64,000 nucleotides of DNA from Saccostrea echinata (Eukaryota): positions 7,130,001 to 7,194,000 of the forward strand of contig NW_026889759.1 of assembly GCF_033153115.1 (NCBI RefSeq). Direction: 5' to 3'. Positions 1-12,345 of the stretch are shown here, one piece after another. Under the pieces are notes generated by a model. The model saw only the letters and a list, made by a program, of their open reading frames with translations. It ran no database searches and was not told the origin of the DNA. Position 1 is the first letter of the stretch; each line of letters opens with the position of its first letter. The position numbers and the translations under genes are program-made.

Positions 1-1606
1 TTTTATTGTATTTCTTTGTGTGTGAGTAAGGAGGGGGGGGGGGGGTGTCAACTTTCCTAATGGTTGATTTCAAAGCAAAATTCTCCCTAACAATTATTTA
101 CTATATTTTAGTCATGAATGTATGATTTTTATTTTACAGTTATATTTACAAATTATAATATAATTGAAGAAGAACATATCAACTTTCAATTTTGTTTATG
201 AAAACTACAGGCTTCCATATTTGATAAAAATTCCCATTGACTAAAATATTTATCATAATGCTCTAAAATTAATGACATGTAATGTGTAATACAGGAAGAA
301 AAGCTATTTACAACTTTATAATGTACATTGAATTTATACGTTCAACTTGGATTCTTTATGTCGATCACTTGTAGTAGCTAAATTATTTTTTTTTTCTATG
401 TCTTTTTCCATCCAGGCAATTCTTATTTCATCAAACAATTTCACATATGTAATCAATGTTAAAATCTATCAGCTATAGGTAAATTAGGCCATTAAGTATG
501 TATTAACATACCTGGCAAAACTCTAAAGTGTAAAGGGGGAAAAGTATTACATTAAGATTATACACTTTTTTGCATTTAAAACTTTTTTTTTTAAATAAAA
601 GATTCAGCAAAAATAGCACTTAAATGAAAAAAAAAATTACCTAAGTAAAAATTAAAACACCTGTTTAATCTAATTGTTTTCATTGCCACCCTTGGCTAGG
701 TGAGAAATCCTGTCTCATTAAATCTCATATTTTATTTATTGTTTCTTACTGGCAAAAAGGCCTTATCACTCCGGCCTTACTTTTATTAAAAAATGTCATA
801 TATCTAGAAATGATTGTATTACATAATTATTGTATGCTACAAATAATTGTATGATTTATGCATATCTTCACATTCTAGGATATTGTTTAAATGTATGAAC
901 AATTGATGATTCTTGTATGTTGTGCCTTTGCCAATAATTGTTATTGTGTTTGCGCCAATAAATATTGTATTGTCTATTTTTTAAACACAAAACATTAAAA
1001 TTTACAATTTTATTTAACATTGAATTTATATTCATCACATTAGCATTGAAATACCTTCAGGTCACACAATCAAATATTTAGGATGTCAGTCTTACTCTCC
1101 TGCAATTTCTTTAAAATCTTTCAACAGTTCACATAATCCAAGGAATATACTACTAGTATATGGCACAGACGGATAACTATTTAAAATCTTCATTCTTGGA
1201 GGACAATGAAATAACAAACTACATTGTAATAAGCTTTCTAAAAACAAACAAACAATTCACATTTAAGATGTAAAAAAGAAAAACAACAAACAAAACACAA
1301 ATTCATGAATGGTTCAAATAAGTTTGACAATTAATTACACTTTCAAATACTTTAAAATTAGATAAAAAAAATTTAAAGCTGTTGCTCCTATAATAATAAG
1401 ACAATACTTGTCTTTATTAATTATAATAGTAAAATGAAAATTTGTTCAATCACTGTTAAGGAAATGAAAAAGTTCTAAACTTCTAATCAATAAATTAATC
1501 TCAAAGTCAATATGAGGAATACACTGATGGAGTGACATCCCTTGATCTAACACAAAGACTTGATAGTTTAATATTTTAATTAAGTGTCATTAACAAGGTA
1601 CTAACA

Positions 1607-4600
1607 TCAACTTGGAAGTGGTCTCAGATCTGGCTGTACAAATCTGTAACAGGAAAATAAATAAAACCTATGTTTGAGAAAATGAACACTTACAATGGGT
1701 CTATTCAAAAATTTTACTTTTGAAACACTCAAGTTAAAATTACATGTTCTACATTAAGGAAGCTCTAAACACTGATGAAAAATGTTTTTCTGGCTGTAAG
1801 AAAATTTGATCATATATAGGTATACATACTGAGTTTATTTAGTTCATTTTCAACATAGGGTACCTGTCATATTTTTCCAGAAAAAAAAGTTCTCAGACAA
1901 TAGTGAACAGAAATTCCATTCGGAAAATACATGCAAATAAAGTTTTCAATTTATACTAGATCAAGATAAAGTACTTTAATCTATATCAGATTGTGTCATT
2001 ACATGTACTGTACATTTCCCTTTTCCCCAGTTTACATCAAAGGGCAGATCTCTAACTGCAAAAAACTACCATAGAATTAGGACTCTGTCACCAGTGTTTA
2101 GAGCTTCCTTCATTCATGAATCACAAGTCGAAAAATTTGTCAAAGCAAAAGGCAAGGATTATGATAACTTTCCAATATCTTCATAATATCAATTACTATA
2201 CAAAATCCAATATCATAGATAGAGATCTACATATCAACTGTAACTTACTGGTGTCTGGCAGTGTCTGAGTACAGATGTTTATGGGAGTAGTATTGTGCTA
2301 TAACGGTCTTGTCAAAGAGGTATGGGTTTCTGTCTACAAACTCCTCAAAAGTGTTAACTCCAGGGGACTGCTTAATGGCATGTGCTACCTCCGCAATGTA
2401 GAACATGGTTATAGTTTCATGGTATCCAAACTTTACCTTCAATTTAAATTTGCTATTTTAGTGAAAAATTTAACTAAATAAAGGCACATAGTATAATTTT
2501 TTTAAAAAAGTCAATATGACCTGCTTCTTGCGATTCGTATACTTGAACATTTTAAGAATTGCAATTTACTGTGAGTAATATTTTCAAATTATCACATGCA
2601 TAATGACTTAATTTTTATGGTATTCAATTTATATAATTAGTAACTACATGTATAAGAAAATAATTTAGATACAGAAGATCTTCAGAGGTACATGTATTTG
2701 TAAAAACTGGGATTAAACATTTGCAGAAATTTTACATATTTTATATAATTTAAATATAATGCCATCTTTAAAAAATTGTTTGTTTGCCCTCCCCCGACCG
2801 ATTGGCTAAAATTGGCCTGACCCAAAACTTTTTTTTAACCTCCAGGAAACGATAATTTTTTTCATTTCATTTTGGAATATTTAAATTTTATTTTTATATA
2901 TTTTGAAAATTCAGCATTGATGTTAAAATTTTCTTGGGAAAGAAAAAATTTCCCATCTACCTACTGACCCAATATTTTTACCCTGAGTCAGGAGAGGACA
3001 AACAAACATTATTTTAAAGATGGACTTAAATACCTTTTCTTTGTTTTGTTCATTAAAATGCTGAATACCCTGCCTGGAAAAAAAAAGAAAAAAAATCATA
3101 TTTCAGAAATTTAAATATGAAGTACAAGACATTTATGTACAAGTTAAGTATTTTAAGTCCACATACCTTATGTGTGGTGTGGCTGCCTCTTTGCCATATT
3201 CTGTGATGTAATTCCAGGCCATCCTCAAATGTGCCTCATGAGTCCAATCCTCAAAAGGCAACGTGGCATCCTCAAATGCTTGGATAAATATTTCATCTCC
3301 TACAGATCTAAATGATCTACAAGTAACACAAAATGTAATATTGATAGCTAATACACAATTTATGAAAATTTAATAAGACATTAAAAAAAAATAGCAAAAT
3401 AGATCTCATTCATTTATTAGAAATCTTTCTTAAAAATAGTTCATTCATTTATTAGAAATCTTTCTTAAAAATAGTAAATCATGATTCCTAGCACATGTTA
3501 CATTTCAAAGAACATACCATAGATACATGTAAATTGTTTGTGTATTGTTACACATGGATAGAAAAACACAATCCTTATGTGCCAACAGAAACAAACCACA
3601 AATTCTACTGTGTTTTCTTACCTTATATAGTACAGGAGAGGGTTGTCCTCTGACTCATTAATTTCAGCATTGACCACACCCCCATACCACACATGGTGGT
3701 CGCCTACAGTGTGTACTGAATGGGCACGGCACTCCATTACTGCAGCACAGTCAGAAATTATTGGAACACCCTGTATTAAAAATGTCAGATATATACAACA
3801 ATATTAGAATCAGCCTGTATTTCCTTTTTTTTTTTTTGAAATTTACAATAATCATATCGTAATACATCATTGGAAACCCACGGCCAGTCTCGCATACGCT
3901 TATTGACTGGTCAATAAGCGTATGCAAGATTGGCCGTGGGTTTCTGCCAATGACCCAAATATTAAACTAGATGTACCTATAAAATATTTATTTGAATCAA
4001 AATCTGACTTACAAGCATAACATGAATGGTTCAATGCAGCTGCAGATCAGTAGCTCACTGGTCTGGCAACCAGAGAGCTACAGTGCCACCCCTTGGAAAA
4101 AGTGTGTATTTATTGCGCACAAAAAAGAGCAGTGTTTCTCAATTTATTTCTAAGTATATATAAAAATATTACTAACTGTGTGTTCCTAACATATTCTTTT
4201 ACTACTTCCACAACAAAACTGTATGTACAAGTCATGTACGAAGCGTGTTGGACCGAATTGTCTTTCCACCCAAGACGGCAGTATAAATATGTGAAATTTT
4301 CGATGGTCTCAATTTCAGGCCAGGAGGGCTACCGTACATACTCGCCTATAAGTAAGTTTTTTGGGAGTTAAACTTGGCTCCAGAACTCTTTATCCGACTT
4401 ATACGCGAGTTATAAAAGAGAATGGTATTTAAACCGGTCAATCCCTCTAACTGAAGCTTAAAAAATAGAACCGACTTACAGGCGGACCGACTTATAGGCG
4501 AGTATATATGGTATTTACAATGGTTGGGGGAAATGTTTTATTGTGGAAGTAGTGAAAAAATGTTAGGAACACACGATTTGTAATATTTTGAGATGGTAGT

Positions 4601-4900
4601 TTAAATATACAGAGAATTTTAAAAAATTGAGAAACAGTGCATTTTTTTGTGCACAGTAAATATACACTTTTTTCAATGGGTGGCACTGTAGCTCTCTGGT
4701 TGCCCATCCCAATTTTTCCAGATCAGCGAGCTACAGATCTGCAGCTACTAGGTTCAATGCTAAGAATTTTATTTGTGCAATTGCATACAATTAATTTTTG
4801 TGCACTTACTTCATTTGTCTGTGCATGGGGAATTTTCTTGAACTGACATTCTTCTGTTTCCATATGTTTTGCAAATTCTACACCATACTTTACCTGTCAA

Positions 4901-4934
<34 letters not shown>

Positions 4935-7414
4935 CAATCATTTACACACAAACAATCTTTTGGTTTTTTTTTTTTTTTACAAATTTTTTAACATTGATTA
5001 GTTCATACATACTTTACATGTTTACTTTGGAAGTACTACAATTTTACTCAGAGAGTCATTAATTACCATTATGTATTACAAAGGGATCACATCATTATTT
5101 ACCTCAGTTATACACTTGTACACTTTTAGTAGGGCTGGGACAACATATCGAAATACTGATTCTGTGTGAGGATATATCAATACACGTGTAAAAGTATTGA
5201 AATGGAAAACAAAATTTCAAGACTTATTTTTTTCTTTACTTTACTTGACACTTCGGTTTAAAATAAATATTTTAAATACAAATATTTAACAAAATGATTA
5301 ACATCACTTTTGTTAAATAATTTTGTTTTGCAACAGATATTCAGCTACTATGAATATTGTAACGAAACCGAGGGTATAAGGTTGTTACTTAATCAGTTAA
5401 TCGTGGGCCGCTGTTGGTTTCTGGTAACTGGTCAAGGTTGAAATGGTTATCCACAAAGTTTATATACAATCGGAATAATGACCAATTTTTGGTCCACTGA
5501 ATAATTGGCGAAATGACCAATTTTTAGTTCACTATAATATCTGCACTAGAACCGTGACGAATAACACGTTGTAAAGTTTATGATATTTATTAAGACGATC
5601 AAATGGTTCAATTATAAGCACAATGATAAACTTGGTTGGTACAACGTTATTTTGTTAATACAAAGATGACGAACCAATGGTCAATCCAGGACGTTTCTAC
5701 TCTGAATGACTCTTCACTAATGATTTCGTATACATAGACTTGGTACCGTTTGTACATACCACTGTCTTACACCCGAAGTATACGGAGTCGCAACCCAATG
5801 CAGACTGACTTCTAAACACAAAACAGCTGATTTTATAGACAAAAGTTGTTATGATGACGTATAAACGTCAGATACCAATAATGTCACAATCAATATCTAA
5901 TTTGTAAGTTAGCGGGTTTTGACCACTAAAATTACTTAATAACGTTGTACCTATATAGAACATATACAACATAACGCTTTGTAATTACAATACATAAATC
6001 AAATTGATAAAGTTCAAATAATAAATCATTGTTCAATTCTTTCGTTCATTGTTCATTGACAAATATTTTAGTAGTTTATACACATCGGGTTCAGGGTCCG
6101 TTTATTCGGAACTTGTCAACAACAGTTAATCCGAATTTCACAGGTAAACTTAGCGGAACGTAACAATATATTAATCTTATTTGAGAAGAAATATAATATG
6201 TTTATATTGTTTATTTCAATATAAAATGAACATTTGAAAAAAAAAAAACAGTTAAAAATACTGTGATACATACTGTATCATAGCACAAATATTGTGATAC
6301 ATATCGATACAGAAAAGGTGTATTGTCCCAGTCCTATCTCTTAGTCAGTTTTTCTCACCTGGTTTTGCTTAAGCACATGGATGGCAAATTTTTGAGTTCT
6401 TAACAGCAACTCATGCATGTGACTACAATGAAAAGGATTTTTTTTTTAAACTGAGTTAACTGACTATTTACAATTCCTCAAACTGAAGTCCCATCAAAAA
6501 GCTTTAGTTTTTCTTTATTAACAAACAGAGCACTGACAGTATGGAATACTGGTACCTTGGATTGTTGATACAGAAGGAGACAATGGGAGGATGGTAGGAG
6601 ACATTGGTAAATGATGTACAAGTCATTCCTCTCTTTGACCAGCAATCTCTCAATATGTCATACTCTCCTGCAGTCACAACTACCACTGAGCAGAAATGGA
6701 GCAAGGAGTTTTTTAATTAATTGATTTGTTCATATTACACTTGCAAGCATTGTTGCCAAGAAATGTACAGATGTTAGTTACATGCACTTATTGACTTACC
6801 ACACTGAGGGACTTTTCCCATTATCTTTTTGTAGTTTTCTGCTGTGTGGTGATCTTCTAATGAATTAAACTTTGAGGATACTGTAAGCATGAAATATGTA
6901 ACTTCATATAATTACATAACTGATCTATGATTATGAACATAATGAAAAAAAAAACCAGTTAATGTAGCAATAATACTATAGTTGTATGTTTGTTTTTAAT
7001 AAGAATCACTTTCATTACAGCAAGTAAGTTTTTTAAGTACATTAAATTGGTATACAGTGCATAGGCTATACTCTTCTGTATAAAATATTATATTAATTTA
7101 TTATTCATGCTATATAACAGCCAAAACAATTAAGTACATGCACTGATCGATCAACACCCAACTTGTGAAATACTGGTCCCTCAACAGAGAAATCCCTTAT
7201 AAATATTTCAGCATGAATGATACTATCATTTTTAGGCACCAGATATATTTTTAAACTATATATTATTGATTTTACGAGATTTAAATTTCTTACCTGAGGA
7301 TACACCTCTGGAACCCCCGCATCTGCAGCACCTTTCAGACCATCCTCTCAATATTCCTTGGTCTGTCAACCCCAAAGTCCTCCCCAGTTTTGACACTAGT
7401 CTAAGATGTTTCAT
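1607..7414 (-). CDS. Flavin reductase-like (RutF/HpaC/DIM6-NTAB family) domain fused to an uncharacterised C-terminal His-motif domain; 10 coding exons, 347 aa, possible mitochondrial presequence
   Basis: Exons (minus): 7414-7294, 6880-6800, 6685-6556, 6422-6359, 4893-4810, 3770-3622, 3316-3167, 3073-3034, 2436-2249, 1643-1607. All introns are GT-AG and phase-consistent (1044 nt). Reductase motifs: KIMGKVPQCVVVVT..GMTCTSFTNVSYHPPIVSFCI..FAIHVL..Q and GVPII.DC.AVMEC..GDH.VWYG.V..PLLY. C-terminal domain: FEDATLPFEDWTHEAHLRMAW..YHETIT..YYS..ARHQFVQPDLRPLPS. Confidence 0.88.
1755..2111. mobile_element. Non-autonomous DNA transposon (MITE), Kolobok/piggyBac-like TTAA target, in intron 9
   Basis: TIR AAGGAAGCTCTAAACACTG / CAGTGTTTAGAGCTTCCTT; TTAA at the left end, TTCA at the right. 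Confidence 0.6.
2760..3029. mobile_element. MITE with imperfect TIRs, in intron 8
   Basis: CCATCTTTAAAAAATTGTTTGTTTG at the left; CAAACAAACATTATTTTAAAGATGG followed by ACTTAA at the right. Confidence 0.5.
3873..3944. repeat. Near-perfect ~70-bp palindrome (hairpin MITE remnant)
   Basis: GAAACCCACGGCCAGTCTCGCATACGCTTATTGAC-TG-GTCAATAAGCGTATGCAAGATTGGCCGTGGGTTTC. Confidence 0.75.
4037..4751. mobile_element. Long-TIR (~180 bp) MITE, Mutator-like, containing a nested Tc1/pogo-type MITE at ~4330-4513
   Basis: 4037-4215 is the imperfect reverse complement of ~4540-4747. GGTTCAATG occurs on both flanks (possible 9-bp TSD). Inner element TACCGTACATACTCGCCTATAAG...CTTATAGGCGAGTATATATGGTA has TA ends. 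Confidence 0.65.
5130..6336. mobile_element. hAT-like MITE in intron 4, hosting a solo LTR
   Basis: TIR TAGGGCTGGGACAA / TTGTCCCAGTCCTA; degenerate 8-bp flanks ACTTTTAG / TCTCTTAG. Confidence 0.65.
5358..6165 (-). mobile_element. Solo LTR (Ty3/Gypsy-like), 808 bp
   Basis: TGTAACG...CGTAACA termini (TG..CA with short inverted repeat) and a 4-bp TSD ATAT on both sides. On the minus strand a TATA-like CTATAAAA (~5831-5838) precedes AATAAA (~5586-5591). Confidence 0.7.
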
Positions 7415-7865
7415 TGTTCTTTCAGTAGATAAAAGAAAGTTGTGAAATAGCAGTGTAAAAATCTTTTTGTGAATTTCCTTTACAAACCGAGGAAATCCGG
7501 GATGAATATTTTTTGATTATGTGTCAACTTGAATAAAGTCATATGTAATATAAATGTATATAAATTAATACAAAGATTTGCGTGCATTTAAATGATATAC
7601 TTACAGTAAAGCTGTGTAAAAGAGGCCGGTAAAATATTATTAAAAAATACTTTTACATAATAATAATATTTCTTCCTTCATGGGTACCTCGATCCCGATG
7701 AAAATGTAGTAGGCAACAATATTGCTCGCATATTAGGACGCAGAAGAACCAATACAGCATTTCAACTACTTATGTGATAAAATTTTCTAATTATGAGTAA
7801 TTCTTATTATTTTATTGCCAGAAAGGCGGTGGGTGGTAGGCCTATCATTTTTTCCATTAAGTTTT

Positions 7866-7937
7866 GAATTACGTCACAATTGATTGACATCATAATAAAT
7901 TATTGCTTACGTAACAATGGGATGACGTTAACGTCAA
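7866..7937. promoter_or_regulatory. Cluster of CRE/ATF/PAR-bZIP-type motifs in the divergent intergenic region
   Basis: TTACGTCA, TGACATCA, TTACGTAA and the palindrome TGACGTTAACGTCA lie within ~70 bp, about 60-130 bp upstream of the ATG at 7995. Confidence 0.45.
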
Positions 7938-7994
7938 AGAAACAAAGAACCACAGCATAATTTTACACAGATGTAACCTATCATATCATTAAAC

Positions 7995-10021
7995 ATGCCT
8001 ACAGCAAGCCAAGCAATGATAGTTATGAGCGGAGAGGGAGAGGATCCAAGAATACCACGAAGGAGATACAACGGAGAGACCGGAGCCTTCTCTGTTGCAA
8101 ATTACGATATGGAATTGGCTATCCGTTTGAAGAACATTGGATTCTTAAATCAGGGAATTTCTGGTACCGGATTTTCGGACCAAATTCCAGGAAAATATAC
8201 AAAGATGAAAGGACTCTCCACAAATATGGGTACATATGATCCAGTTAGAAGGGTCTATCGTTGGGAAGTGTCTAATTCACACACAGAAAGACGGCCGCAA
8301 ATAAGAAGTAGTGACACTAACACAACGGAAAACATTGTATGGTTCCCAAAAAGAGAGCGCGTGGATAAGAGGCATGACTTAACAGGAAATTTATTGCCAA
8401 AACTCAGTGGGAAATCAGGTAGCACTCCAAATGTCACGTTAGAGGATTTGGGATTTCGAAGGAGAAAAACTGTAACAAGAACTTCTGCTCATCCTAAGAG
8501 TGGAACATCTCTTGCATCACTTGGAACAAAGTTTGTTCTGTCTCCTAACGAACGCCACACAGTGTCCATAGAGAGTGTTTACGAAAAGCCTGAGCAAGAA
8601 ACACGAGTAGGGGACTCCTTGGAAAACCCAGTGAAAGAGACGTGAGTTATACTTATCAACAAATTACTATACCTCTATATATATGATATACATGTAAGTG
8701 ACTATGGTATATGATAAACATGTAAGTGAACAATTCGATTGGTATACTCATGCATCACAGATTAAAGGAATTTGCACTACGTTGAGCAGGATGAACATGC
8801 ATTTTATTTTTGAGAATGTTCTTATCACGTACATTTGCAATAACTCCTGTAGTCTACTTTTTAAAGAAAACTTGATGCAGTGTTACCCCATTACGGATGT
8901 CACTTTGAACAAGTCATTATACTTTTTCCAAATACAATTCAATTCCATTCTAATTCTACCCCCTTCTCCTATCACCACCACTACCACAGTGTTTACAAAT
9001 ATAACAGTCAAGCAATCCAAAAAAAAAATCTACAAAAGCAATAAAAGCAATAAAAGCAAAAATATTTTTTAAAAAAATTAGTACCTGTTTCAAAATCTCA
9101 AAAGGGTAAAATTTTGGAAAAATAAAAATATATTTAGTACAACAGAGAAGTGTATACATAATAAGTGCAAACTCATTTTCAGTAAAGATACGAAATTTAC
9201 ATATTACATGTATTTACGTTTCTATTTCATTCCTTTGATATTGAATGATCTATTCTGGTATTTTAAAATCAATACAAATACCAAATAAATAATTGTTAAC
9301 AAAAACATTTTTAAAGTGTTTTCAACATTGAATTAACACAATATTTCATCAATGATCATATATTTTTGAAATCGATCGACTTTATTGTTAAAGGAACAAA
9401 AACATCAAAAATGTCAATATTTAAATAATATATGGAAAACTTCCAAAAGGATTTCACAAGTGAAACATCATAATTGCAATTCAGTAGTGTACGTAATTGA
9501 AATATAGTGTTCAAGAATCTCCAACTTCTTCTTGCAGACCAAAACCTCAAAAGCTTTCATTACTGGAAGATGTAAAAAGGACGGTGAATTACGACAGCCG
9601 AGTCCAACCGGCGATGTACATGCGCAAAAACCGCCCACCACCGAATCCGTTCGCAGTCTGTCTTAGCTTCCGGGAAAACGATGATTACACCCACACCGAT
9701 GTCAGAGACATCCTGGAATCGCAGCTTGGTCTCAAAGTCCGCTCTGTTCAGTATGATCCTTTGTCGATCCGCTCATCGGATCCGGATGTGGGAACAAGGT
9801 GGATCGTTACGTACGCTACTCCGGCGGAATGTGAGTTCGTGGTCAGCAAAGGTGTAGAAGTGAATGGGGATAAAATAGCTATAAAGCTGCTAGACGACGT
9901 TATTAATTGTGAATGTGAGGCATACGCATTGTACAGAGAGGATGAGAGACAGAAAAGGATTGACGAGGGGAACCGAATGATTCGAAAAGAGAGAAAAAGG
10001 AAGAGGAGACCAAAAGATTGA
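7995..10021 (+). CDS. Uncharacterised 2-exon gene (376 aa): disordered basic N-terminal half plus a C-terminal RRM-like alpha/beta domain and basic tail
   Basis: The stop codon of ORF 7995-8645 lies inside a GTGAGT donor (exon ends 8641, phase 2). Acceptor CTCCAACTTCTTCTTGCAG ends at 9537 in the same phase and joins ORF 9538-10021 (1131 nt total). An alternative same-phase acceptor ends at 9507. The C-terminus RKERKRKRRPKD is NLS-like. Confidence 0.7.
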
Positions 10022-11559
10022 AAATTACATGAATTCCATTCACAGATGTTTCATTTTAAGAAAAGAAACAGGTTCATGTAGCACATATATTTAAATCTTT
10101 CAGTAAGTGATCATAAGCTCGTGAACAAAGATTGTGTGGACGTCTGAGTGCTTAAATATTTACTAGAAAATTTTTAAGTTTGTCTTTTCTGAGAGTTAAC
10201 ATAAGAGCGTATAGATGTTTAAAATGTAACTTTAATGTTCTATAATTCATAATGGCGAAAACATGTTTGTTTTTTTAATTCACTGAAATGTTAACATAAA
10301 TAAATGATGGCAAAGTTTTCAAAAATAAAAAAAATAGAATAACTTCATTATTTTTATCATTAATATTAAATTACTCGTATTTTAAGAATAAATGTATTTA
10401 TTAATATGAATAAATAATATATATAAATAAATACATTAAAATATATATTTTATTACGCCTTTTTTCGCCTTAATACACCGTTTGGAAGGGCGTTATTACG
10501 CCGTTTATTTTTTTTTTCACCCATAGATTGTTTTGAACATATTTTATTGATAATCAAAAGGATCAGAAACAAGTTGTATCAACTTACTAGTTCCTCTCCT
10601 TAATATAACACATAATAATTGTTATTCAAAAAGACCCATAGATTGATCCTAATAGGCTTTCGTATGATATGGCCCTTGACTAAATGGACTTCAAATATTT
10701 CTCGGAAAAAATATATTGTGTCATAAAAGGGTATTTTTTAAGGTATAGTGGGTCTTTGCTCCATGTTTTTGTTAACAGAAGAATGTAGATTTTTACACAT
10801 ACTTTAAGTATAATCTCTCAAAAATAAAAAAGGAAGAAAGAAAAAAAGGACTGAAGACCCACTCATATGGAAAGATTGTTTTAGTATCAAGAATTGATCA
10901 TTTTGGCTCTTTTTAGTACATGTATGCTGTTTCATCGACGAATAATTTCAATATTTGTGAGACTGGTGCAATTTGTGGACATGCTGCATAAGTAAGTAAG
11001 TAAATGGTTTATTATGGTGACATGTGTTATGTACAATTACAACAGCAAATATACAAATAACAGGAATTTGAACACCCGGTCCATCGGGAATATATGTCAC
11101 TTTTAACAATATAACATTCAATAAGAATACAGTGACATTACGCATTGTGTTCATTATATATAATAGAATGTCTGTAAGTATATGCTGAGTATATGAATTT
11201 TCCGGTTTGTCTTGGGAAATCTACTTAAAGAAATTTGGTTTTGTCTAAATCTGACATATTGAGATCTATTGATGTATAATCATTAATGTGTACGTCATTG
11301 TAGAATGAAATGTCAAAGAAAATGTTATAATTGAGATGTTATTTTCACTTTCTTATTTGTCGCACAACAGACTTATGTAGTGCCCATTTTGTTCTCCTTG
11401 TTAGCCCATCTTCTTTAAAATCCATTTTCATGCCATAATTATGTAATTGACAAATGCTGGCAGTTCATACTTAGTTCAAAAATAGCTTTTAATAAAATAT
11501 TCCGTTTTGTTCATGGACAATTTTACCGGGATTAGCGTATTTATAGAGGTACATGGACC

Positions 11560-12345
11560 TTATTTATGTTGACAACTTAATTATTTTAATTATATAAATA
11601 ATTATTTGATGACCTGCAACTTATTTATGCTAACATGTAGCTTATTTATGTTGACAAGCGAGATAAATATGTTGACAGGCAACTTACTTACGTTAACATG
11701 CAACTTATTCATGTTAACATGAGAGATAAATAAGTGGGTGTGCAACTTATTTATATATAAACATAAATAAGTTGTATGTTAACAAAATACATGTACTTTG
11801 AATGACCACATGAATAAGTTGCATGTCAACATAAGTTAGTTGCATTTCAACGTAGATAAGTTGCATGTTGACATAAATTATTTGCATGTGAACATAAATG
11901 AGTTACATGTCAAAATATTTAAATTATTTATCTTATATATCAACATAAATAATTACGTTGCATGCAGACATGAATAAGTTGCGACTAGCATGTTGAAAGT
12001 CACATATTGTGGGCATTATATGATGATTTATGAAATTTTTCTAAATTCTTATCTAATCACATTTTTTTGCATGTCAACGAAGTTATGTTATATGTTGACA
12101 TATTAATGCTGCATGCTGACATAATTATCTTGCACGTCGACATAATATACAGAAAAATAACTTGCATATAGGGGGCATAAATATGCCACTATGATTTCTA
12201 TTGATATGTGAGTTACATGTAATTATGTTGAAATACGAACTTATTTATGTTGCATTCGAGATAATTATCTTGATATGCGACATAAATGTCAAGATAATTA
12301 TCTGGCATGCTGATATATAAATATTTTGCATGTCAACATTAATAA
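11560..12345. repeat. Foldback-type element built of ~21-bp degenerate units (consensus ~TTATTTATGTTGACATGCAAC)
   Basis: Units run in one orientation at ~11560-11760 and inverted at ~11760-12170. A related array lies at ~21840-22210. Confidence 0.7.

Noticed and set aside
4093-4707. Pair of similar ORFs on opposite strands (also 18526-18855 versus 19842-20063)
   Set aside because: The similarity comes from the inverted repeats of non-coding MITE or foldback arms.
1607-7414. Bacterial contamination or recent HGT as the source of the flavin reductase
   Set aside because: The gene has nine canonical spliceosomal introns containing host TEs. Ancient HGT cannot be excluded without a phylogeny.
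8698-9159. 124-aa and 67-aa ORFs
   Set aside because: They lie in the AT-rich intron of the 7995-10021 gene and show no domain-like features.
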